NCBI GenBank assembly: GCA_964475245.1
Contig: CAYYVV010000013.1
Location: forward strand, 1-59,742
From: an uncultured Anaerolineaceae bacterium
GTDB lineage: Bacteria > Chloroflexota > Limnocylindria > Limnocylindrales > CSP1-4
Direction of reading: 5' to 3'
DNA: 59,742 nucleotides
Shown: positions 52,707 to 59,742 of the stretch, piece after piece
Layout of the letters: each line of letters starts with the position of its first letter
Position numbering within the stretch: position 1 is the first letter of the stretch
The notes under the pieces: model-generated
Database searches by the model: none
What the model saw: the letters and a program-made list of their open reading frames with translations, nothing else
Told to the model about the DNA's origin: nothing
Program-made: the position numbers and the translations under genes

Positions 52707-53654
52707 TTGAAATTCGGCGGCGTCTTCTGGATGCAGGGTGCGCAGTGGCCTGCGTTGCGCGAGGCATGGCAGGCTGCCGGCAGGGCCGGATTCGACTCAC
52801 TCTGGACCGAGGACCACCTGCTGGCCGACGCCGGCGACTGGCGCCAGCCAAAGTTCGAAGGCTGGGCCGCGCTGGCCGCACTCGCGCCGCTGACGGAAAC
52901 GCCGCGGATTGGTGTCCTGGTCACGGCGGTGGCGTTTCGGAATCCGGGACACGTTGCCAAGCTCGCCACCACGCTCGACCACATCAGCAACGGTCGCCTC
53001 GTGCTGGGCATGGGCGGTGGCCACTTTGCGCGCGAGCACGAGGCGTTCGGCCTCGACTTTGGGGCCACGCCCGGCGCGCGGCTCGACCGCCTTGACGAGG
53101 CTCTCGGGCTGGTCCGGCGCCTGCTCGATGGCGAGCTCGTCACGCACCACGGCCGTTACTACGATTTTGTCGACGCGCTGTGCGAGCCGCGTCCGGTCCA
53201 GCGACACATTCCGTTCATGATCGGTGGCTCTGGCCCGCGCAAGACGATGGGCATCGTCGCCCGTCACGCCGACGAGTGGAACAAGTCCTGGGGAACTCCG
53301 GAGGTCGTGGCCGAGTCGCTCGACATCCTGCGCCAGCGCTGCGCAGAGGTCGGCCGCGATTACTCGACGATCAGGAAGACGGTCATGGTCTGGCTGCACG
53401 TCGCCGATCGACGGGAAGATGCGATCGAGGCTTATCAAGCGGTCCGACTGGCGGCGGGGTTTTCACCCGACAACGACAACTTCGCTCCGGCCGTGCCGAT
53501 GACGGTCGGCACGATCGACGAGGTCGCCCAGGCCGTCCGCGCCTACCAGAGCGTCGGCGTCGACGAGCTGATCGTGCAGCTCCACGAACCGTATGACCGC
53601 GAGACGATGGAGCGACTGCCTGAGCTTCGGCAGGCGTTGGCGGAGCCCGAGTGA
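52707..53654 (+). CDS. LLM-class (probably F420- or flavin-dependent) oxidoreductase
   Basis: GFDSLWTEDHL, FRNP..VAK.A.TLDHISNGRL.LG.G.G, IGGSGPRKT and HADEWN. Confidence 0.88.
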   Translation: MKFGGVFWMQGAQWPALREAWQAAGRAGFDSLWTEDHLLADAGDWRQPKFEGWAALAALAPLTETPRIGVLVTAVAFRNPGHVAKLATTLDHISNGRLVLGMGGGHFAREHEAFGLDFGATPGARLDRLDEALGLVRRLLDGELVTHHGRYYDFVDALCEPRPVQRHIPFMIGGSGPRKTMGIVARHADEWNKSWGTPEVVAESLDILRQRCAEVGRDYSTIRKTVMVWLHVADRREDAIEAYQAVRLAAGFSPDNDNFAPAVPMTVGTIDEVAQAVRAYQSVGVDELIVQLHEPYDRETMERLPELRQALAEPE

Positions 53655-53665
53655 TCAGGCGAGGC

Positions 53666-54298
53666 TCACTCTACGGCCGCCGGTTGATCGATTGAGCACG
53701 TACTGCCCGCGGGCAGGGGCACGAGGCACATATCCAACGCCTCGTGGTAAACGACGGTGAACCTGAACGGGCCGACTCGATAATCCACGGCCACCGCTGA
53801 GTACGAGTACTCGCCTGGCGTATCCGCCGCGACCTCAATCGACACCCGTCCCTCACCGGGGTCGTTGTGCGCCGCAAGATCTGCAGGTAGCAGTCCGTAG
53901 TCCGTATCGAGCCGCAGGTCCGAGATCCCGGGTCCCGACGCTGGCAGCGCCCCGGCCATCCCGCCGGTTGTGCCGGGCAGGGCCATCCGTATCTGGACGA
54001 CTCGAAGGCCCGGAGTTGCGTCCAGAAGCCTCACCTGTTCGACGGTCGCTGGCCAAGGCCAATCATTGGCGAGACCGATGCCCGTGTAGATGGGCACGCC
54101 CGCCTTTACCCCGGCCTCCGACGTGATTCCAATCTCGCTGCTTCCCTGGTCAGCTGGCCGGGTGTCGAGCCACAGAACTCCATCCGCGTCTGGCTCGCGG
54201 AGAGGTCCGCCGGGATACCTGAGCAGCCCGGTCACGTTCAGGGTCACGACAACGACCACCGCGATGACGAGACCGATCGCGACGCGTCGGCGCGTCAT
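53666..54298 (-). CDS. Hypothetical membrane-anchored or secreted protein (lower GC)
   Basis: ATG overlaps the transketolase TGA. Basic plus hydrophobic N-terminus, beta-rich body and a C-terminal Cys pair. Confidence 0.6.
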   Translation of the reverse strand: MTRRRVAIGLVIAVVVVVTLNVTGLLRYPGGPLREPDADGVLWLDTRPADQGSSEIGITSEAGVKAGVPIYTGIGLANDWPWPATVEQVRLLDATPGLRVVQIRMALPGTTGGMAGALPASGPGISDLRLDTDYGLLPADLAAHNDPGEGRVSIEVAADTPGEYSYSAVAVDYRVGPFRFTVVYHEALDMCLVPLPAGSTCSIDQPAAVE

Positions 54299-56667
54299 CA
54301 GTGACTCTCGGCGGCGTCCGCTATTTCGCGCAGACGGCGAAGTCTGAGGTGGCGCTCGTCGACGAAGCGCTGGATCGCGTTGACGATGTGGGTCGGGCCG
54401 AGGTGCGCTTCGTCGATCACCTCGTCGACGGTGCCGCCGGTGCGCCAGCGGTTGTCCCAGTCGCTCGAGAGCGAGTACTCGTGGGCAATCTCGCCGTCGA
54501 TCCAGTGGCGCATGGTCATCCACGCGCGGTTGGTGATCGCCATGCCGTCCCATCGGTCGGCCGTAGAGGACGTGGCTTCGCGGTAGGCCTTGTCCTGCAT
54601 GGCGAAGAGCTGCGGCGAGATGCAGGCCACGATCTTGACGTTGAGGCCGCGCTCGTCGAGCTGGGGCAGGACCTTGACGAGATTGGCCGTTGAGGTCGTG
54701 CCTTGGACGAAGACGGTGCCGCCGCGCGGCTGACCGGGCTTGAAGTCACGCATCACGTACGCGCCGCGCGCCGCCTCGAAATGCGAGGGGATGCCCAGCG
54801 CCGCGCGGTCCGGGATGTCGATCGCCGGCCGCGTCACGTGCAGGGCGACGATCGGCACGTCCGCGCTCATCGCCGCGGCGAGCACGACCGGCACCTCGTT
54901 GTACTCCCACGGGTGCAGGTCGATGACCTGGCCCTCCGGGAAGAGCTGGGTGACGTACGTCTCGAAGATGCCGAAGTGGGTGCGCGAATCCTCGGCCGTT
55001 TCCGGACCCGCGTGGCCCGCGACCCAGAGCACCTTGCCGACCTTCAGCTCGGTGTCCTGCGCCAGCTGGCTGAACAGGCGCATCGGCCCGTACTTGAGGT
55101 ACGAGAACGAGCCGTAGGTTGAGCACGTGCCCCACAGGCCGTTGTAGTCGTTGAACGGGTCGGCGGCCATGTTCACGCTGGCCATGCCGACCACGAGCCC
55201 GGCATTGCCGAACTCGGTGATCTGCGTCGGCAGGACCGTGCCGGCGAGGTTCGTGTCGCGCTCGTACCAGCCGTAGCCGGGCATGTCGCCGAAGTCCTTG
55301 CCGAAGCCGGCGAGGTTGGTCGACTCCGCGAGGTCCGCAGATGCACCGAGGAACAAAGGCCGGCCGTGCTCCCTGCGCGCGAACGCGTTGACGTAGCTCC
55401 CCCACGCGCCATACGCGGCGCGGTTGGGCTGCTTGTCGCCCGGCTTCTTCCACATCTCGGGCGGGTAGGAGTGCGCGTCGAAGATCCGCTTGTCCTTGAA
55501 GACGGCACCGTCGTCGGTCAGGTTGAAGCCGTCGACGTGGTCCGGGACGGTCGAGGCGACCTCGTTCAGCCGATCGGTCAGCCAGTCCGTCAGCTCCGGG
55601 CGGGTGCGCAGCACGCTCAAAGCCGTCTGGAAGTTGGCTCTCGCCTGCGCGTCGCGCTCAGTCGGATCCGCGGGCGCGGGGGCGTCGACGCCCTGGTATT
55701 CGAGGCCGTACCTGGCCATGAAGTCCTTGCGCACGGCCCAGAACTCGGGTGAGTTCATGGGCCACGGCGTGCCGTGGCTCTTCGCGTCGTACTTGCCGTA
55801 GCCACGGCCCTTGCGCGTCTTGAACCACGCCACTGACGGTGTCCTGCCAGGGTTGTCTCCGCGTGCCGCTTCCAGAGTGGCTCTTGTGACATCGGCCCAT
55901 TCCGAGCCGTGCTCGGCGCCCGTGACGCGCCAGCCGTAACTCGCGAACCAGTCCGTTGGCGTGCCGTAGACGACACTCGAAAGCGGCCGCTCGTCGATGC
56001 CGAAGTCATTCCAGTCGATCATGAACACGAGATTGTTGAGGCCGAGTCCCCAGGCCGTGTGACGTGCCTCGTGTGCGCCGCCTGGCGTCAGGCCGCCCTC
56101 ACCCTCGAAGACGAAGACCTTGACCTGGTCCGCGCCGGCGTGCTTGAGCGCGAGGGCCTCGCCCGCGGCCGGACCCATGCCGTGGCCGGACGGACCCGTG
56201 TTGAACTTCAGGAAGAGGGTCTTGCCCTCCATCTCGGCATGGCCGGGCAGGCCGCCGCGGCGCCGGAGGCGGAGCAGAAGCTCCCAGGTCAGCGCCCACT
56301 TGCCGTCGTCGGGGAAGGCGAAGCGTGGGTCTGCGGGCACGCGTCCCTGTCGGACGCGGAACGCCTCGTTGAGCACAGCCAGCGTCGAGTAAACGAGCGG
56401 CACGGTATGCCCGGCGCTGAGCACGAACCGATCGCCGAACGGCAGCCACGGCCGGCGCACGTCCCATCGCATCGCGCCCGAGAGCATCAGCGACAGGAGC
56501 ATGTGGACCTTCGATCTGCTCCCACCGGGGTGGCCGCTCTGGCGGTAGTTCAGGGCGAGGTCGATGCACTCGTCGACCAGATCCTTGACGATCTCGTAGC
56601 GCTCGAAATCCGGCTCGGCGGCGCGATACAGGGCGTCGACGCCGATGGGCTCAGTCTTCAACACCAT
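54298..56667 (-). CDS. Divergent transketolase-family TPP enzyme (789 aa)
   Basis: SGHPGGS, LSAGH, LPGH, NTGPSGHG, GEG...N motif variant, KSHG, SADLAES, ITE, EDSRTH and three-domain layout. TAGCAT lies 7 nt before the ATG. Confidence 0.85.
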   Translation of the reverse strand: MVLKTEPIGVDALYRAAEPDFERYEIVKDLVDECIDLALNYRQSGHPGGSRSKVHMLLSLMLSGAMRWDVRRPWLPFGDRFVLSAGHTVPLVYSTLAVLNEAFRVRQGRVPADPRFAFPDDGKWALTWELLLRLRRRGGLPGHAEMEGKTLFLKFNTGPSGHGMGPAAGEALALKHAGADQVKVFVFEGEGGLTPGGAHEARHTAWGLGLNNLVFMIDWNDFGIDERPLSSVVYGTPTDWFASYGWRVTGAEHGSEWADVTRATLEAARGDNPGRTPSVAWFKTRKGRGYGKYDAKSHGTPWPMNSPEFWAVRKDFMARYGLEYQGVDAPAPADPTERDAQARANFQTALSVLRTRPELTDWLTDRLNEVASTVPDHVDGFNLTDDGAVFKDKRIFDAHSYPPEMWKKPGDKQPNRAAYGAWGSYVNAFARREHGRPLFLGASADLAESTNLAGFGKDFGDMPGYGWYERDTNLAGTVLPTQITEFGNAGLVVGMASVNMAADPFNDYNGLWGTCSTYGSFSYLKYGPMRLFSQLAQDTELKVGKVLWVAGHAGPETAEDSRTHFGIFETYVTQLFPEGQVIDLHPWEYNEVPVVLAAAMSADVPIVALHVTRPAIDIPDRAALGIPSHFEAARGAYVMRDFKPGQPRGGTVFVQGTTSTANLVKVLPQLDERGLNVKIVACISPQLFAMQDKAYREATSSTADRWDGMAITNRAWMTMRHWIDGEIAHEYSLSSDWDNRWRTGGTVDEVIDEAHLGPTHIVNAIQRFVDERHLRLRRLREIADAAESH

Positions 56668-57016
56668 GGCCGCGATGCTACACGGCGAGCCACGCTCGAC
56701 AGACGTGCCCTTTGGCCTATTGCCCGCCGGCTGCGTTTCGTTGCGCTGCGACCAGGGACCCGGGGTCACCGTCGTCAATGGAGCGAGGTTTCCATCAAAT
56801 CCGCGTCCGGACGCAGTTGGTTTCGTCCGACACCGAGGAATCCGCTCGATTGAGCGCGAATCCGCCACCGGAGCCAGCCGTGTGCGCGGATCTGGTGGGA
56901 GGTCGTCGTTTCGGCGCGATACGGGACTCGGATTGCTGAGTATTTGAGGGAAACGGGCCTCGCCCGAAGGCTTGCGCCGGTTGCGCAGGGGTACCTGTCG
57001 GCTATGCTCGCGCGCG

Positions 57017-57754
57017 GTGGTTGCCGCCGCGTTTCCCGACGAGTCTGTCACCTCGCCGCAGCGCTCATCGCGCCTCGGCGCGCTGCTCCGCCATCCGCAG
57101 CGGTCGGCGGTGCTGCTTGCCGTGCTCATCGGCTTTGCCTCGATCCTTTCGGCCGTGGTCGCCTGGCGCGCCTCGCTCGAGTCGAATGACGCATCCCGCT
57201 ATCAGAGCCTCGCTGTGCAGCAGCAGGCGCGCCGCGAGCAGATCGAGGACGAGCTTCAAGCCACGGTCGAAGAGGACCAGCGTTTCGTCGCCGAGTACGA
57301 GGAGGATGCGCTCGCGGCGCGCCAACTTCAGTCCCAGGCTGATTCGACCCGCACGACTGACCCGGCCAGCGCGGATCAGCTCGACCTGGGGGCCCAGTCG
57401 CGGCTGGCCATGGCGCGCACGCTGGAGCCGTTCTTCACTGCCCAGGGAGTCTCGCTCGACGCTGACGGCACGGTCCACTATGACGCGGCTTACGTTCTGC
57501 GCGTTCTGTCCGACGGCGATCCCGAGCTGCGCGAGCTCGAGACGTCGAAGGTCGGCGATCTCCAAAGCCGCGCCAACAACCGGTCGATCGACCTGATCGG
57601 CGTCGGCGCGCTGATCGTGGCGGCGCTGTTCTTCCTGACCATCGCCCAGGTCAGTCGAACGCGCGTCCGGCTGCGCCAGGTCTTCTTCGTTGCCGGCGGG
57701 CTGATGGTTGGCGTCGGTGCCGTCGGCTTCCTGCTCGTGGAGCTGCTGGCGTGA
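57017..57754 (+). CDS. Membrane protein: TM - helical extracytoplasmic domain - TM - TM (DUF4337-like)
   Basis: Hydropathy pattern and Gln/Ala/Glu-rich loop. GTG start with TATGCT 8 nt upstream. Confidence 0.65.
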   Translation: MVAAAFPDESVTSPQRSSRLGALLRHPQRSAVLLAVLIGFASILSAVVAWRASLESNDASRYQSLAVQQQARREQIEDELQATVEEDQRFVAEYEEDALAARQLQSQADSTRTTDPASADQLDLGAQSRLAMARTLEPFFTAQGVSLDADGTVHYDAAYVLRVLSDGDPELRELETSKVGDLQSRANNRSIDLIGVGALIVAALFFLTIAQVSRTRVRLRQVFFVAGGLMVGVGAVGFLLVELLA

Positions 57755-59742
57755 ACGCAGGAGCGCCGGCGAGCCGCGCCGACGACCGGCTGCCCGCGGC
57801 CGTCGCCATCGTTATCGCCTTCGCCACGCTCGTGGCCGCCCTGGCTGGCTTCCTCCTGGCCGACGCGTCGAATCAGGCCAGCGACCATCGTCAGCAGGCG
57901 GAGCAGCTGTCGCTGCAGGCGCTGTCGAGCTCAGAGAGCGCACAGCAGAACGCGCAGGTCAACGTCGAGACATTCGAGCGCTACCAGGAGCAGCGCACGG
58001 AATCGGGCAATGCACTGCTGGCGAGTCTGTACGCGAGCGCCGATCCGACCCGCCAGACACAGCTCCAGCTGGAGGCTCAGCGCTGGGACGCGATTGCCGC
58101 GTCGACGCTCAAGCTGACCGACATCGACCCGAATGGCGCGTTCGGGCCCGACAAGGACCCGACGTTCCCCCAGCGCTACTTCGCCAACGCGACGCAGGAC
58201 AGCCTGCGCCTCAATGCGCTGGCCGATGCGGCCGACGAGGAGGCGTCGTACATCGACCAGCGCTCCGCGGCATACACCGCGATCCTGGCCATGCTTGCGG
58301 TCAGCCTCTATCTGTTCGGCCTGACCCTCGCGGTCAGCGGCCGAGGGCTGCGCCTGGGCTTCCTTGGCGTCGGCCTGGTGCTTCTTGGCGTGGGCAGTCT
58401 GTGGCTGGCCCAGGGCATTCTTGCCCCGGCCTACGCGACCAACGACGAGGCGGCCACGGCCTACGCGCAGGCGCGGGTAACGTCACTGACTGCGTTCGAC
58501 TCGGGCGGCTACCAGGCTGCCGAGGCTCTGTATGACAAGGCAATCCAGCTCCGGCCGACCTTCGCCCGTGCCTACGCCGAGCGCGCCGACGTCATCTTCG
58601 AGGGCGCCAGCCCGCAGCGCTCGGGCTTCGCCAGCCTGGCACCGCCCGACGCGCTGCAACGCGCGCGCGCCGACCTTGAGTCGGCGCGCGCGCTCGGCCT
58701 GTCCAATGCCACGACACTCGGTGAGCTGGGCTTCTACAGCTTCGCCCAGGGCATCCAATCGGGCAGCACGGACCTGCTCGACCAGAGCATCTCTTACACC
58801 CAACAGGCAATCTCGCAGGACCCCGGTGAGCCCGTCTACCGCTACAACCTGGGCGTGGCGCTGACTGCCCTCGGCCGCATCGACGACGCCCGTGGCGCGT
58901 ACAACGACGCGGTCGGGCGGACTCTGTATACGGACGACGCGCTGACCCAGCTGCGCCAGGACCCTGGCACTGAAGAGGCAGTCCTCGCCGGTGCCTTGAC
59001 CGATCTCGAGACCGTGCGCAAATACCGGACCGATCTCGACGAGCAGATCCAGGATCTGAAGGCGTTCATCGTCGGCCGCGTCGCGGCCGAGTCGCGCAAT
59101 GCGCCGCCGCAGTCGCCGGCTGTCTTCAGCAATCTCCAGCTCGACGTCTTTCCCGCCGAGCTGCAGTGGCAGGCGAACATCGCCAGCTACGACCCGACGC
59201 GCGACGTCATCTCGGCGCAGTGGTACCACCAGGATCCGCAGGGCCTCGGTTGGGCCGTCATTCCCGAGGTATCGACTCCGGACGCGCCGACGCTGGGCAC
59301 GGATGGGCGCTACTTCCGGCTGGCGGCGTATCTCGGCGCGATCGCGCCCGCGCAGTGCCTGCCGTCGGGCCAGTACAAGGTCGAGATCTACGTCAACGGC
59401 CGGCTCGCGGCACAGGGCAGCGCGGGCACGAACTTCACCGACTACCAGGCATTCCTTGCGCGCGACCTCACGTCAGCGTTCTGCGTCCCGCCCGATTGGG
59501 TCCGCCGGTCGGACGGGATGCCCGGCCTGATGGACGGTTTTCAGAGCTCTGACAAACAGTACGGCGCCTACCTCGCGCGCTACGGCGTGCCGGGTTCGAT
59601 CAGCGCGCTGCCCGACGCGGCGGCCCAGGTCGAGGACGTGACCCTCAAGGCGTTCGCCGACTGGTTCCCGGCAACGCCCAGCTACGACGCGGCGGACGGC
59701 ACGACGAGCGACTACTTCGAGGGCTTGAGCGGCACTGCCTGG
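57751..59742 (+). CDS. Large membrane protein: DUF4337-like 3-TM module + TPR repeats + beta-sandwich domains (runs off the right edge; missing from the ORF track)
   Basis: I translated from GTG 57751 and found no stop to the window end (at least 664 aa). TPR-like segments (YDKAIQLRPTFARAYAER; AISQDPGEPVYRYNLGVALTALG) and GQYKVEIYVNG. Confidence 0.8.
   Translation, partial: MNAGAPASRADDRLPAAVAIVIAFATLVAALAGFLLADASNQASDHRQQAEQLSLQALSSSESAQQNAQVNVETFERYQEQRTESGNALLASLYASADPTRQTQLQLEAQRWDAIAASTLKLTDIDPNGAFGPDKDPTFPQRYFANATQDSLRLNALADAADEEASYIDQRSAAYTAILAMLAVSLYLFGLTLAVSGRGLRLGFLGVGLVLLGVGSLWLAQGILAPAYATNDEAATAYAQARVTSLTAFDSGGYQAAEALYDKAIQLRPTFARAYAERADVIFEGASPQRSGFASLAPPDALQRARADLESARALGLSNATTLGELGFYSFAQGIQSGSTDLLDQSISYTQQAISQDPGEPVYRYNLGVALTALGRIDDARGAYNDAVGRTLYTDDALTQLRQDPGTEEAVLAGALTDLETVRKYRTDLDEQIQDLKAFIVGRVAAESRNAPPQSPAVFSNLQLDVFPAELQWQANIASYDPTRDVISAQWYHQDPQGLGWAVIPEVSTPDAPTLGTDGRYFRLAAYLGAIAPAQCLPSGQYKVEIYVNGRLAAQGSAGTNFTDYQAFLARDLTSAFCVPPDWVRRSDGMPGLMDGFQSSDKQYGAYLARYGVPGSISALPDAAAQVEDVTLKAFADWFPATPSYDAADGTTSDYFEGLSGTAW

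Noticed and set aside
56668-57016. Hidden gene or RNA in the 350-bp gap between transketolase and the membrane pair
   Set aside because: The candidate ORFs are shadows and I saw no convincing structure. It stays unexplained but unsupported.
1-59742. tRNA, rRNA, CRISPR array, IS elements
   Set aside because: I saw no T-loop/cloverleaf, rRNA signature, regularly spaced repeats or transposase motifs by eye. A tRNAscan/Infernal run would confirm.

Overview
High-GC bacterial chromosomal window with about 50 CDS and no rRNA, tRNA, CRISPR array, transposase or phage genes that I can recognise. Gene content and style (auracyanin-like blue-copper domain, many Pro/Thr-linked surface proteins, leaderless promoters) suggest Chloroflexota or an Actinomycetota-like lineage; this is inference only. 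Left to right: xanthine dehydrogenase-family subunits, D-aminoacylase and guanine deaminase; a CADD-like diiron oxidase; a NarL-type two-component system; an S8 protease; GlcD; pntAAB; a WYL regulator back-to-back with a SAM hydrolase; an HTH-GAFx3-GGDEF protein; a TPP riboswitch with thiN-thiBPQ; an ECF sigma module; a divergent transketolase; and a pair of related membrane proteins running off the end. The strongest candidate for an undescribed system is a six-gene operon at about 38.9-45.7 kb. It encodes an NADPH-type GltD/NfnB/DsrL-like flavo-Fe-S protein coupled to a split b6f-type cytochrome b (heme-ci Cys, APWY in place of PEWY), a Tat Rieske protein, a membrane-anchored cytochrome c fused to a type-1 blue-copper domain, and a double-anchored kelch propeller. 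At least 13 gene starts sit 6-7 nt after a TANNNT box, which points to widespread leaderless transcription, including two divergent pairs only 22-26 bp apart. All family calls come from motif recognition; no database searches were run.
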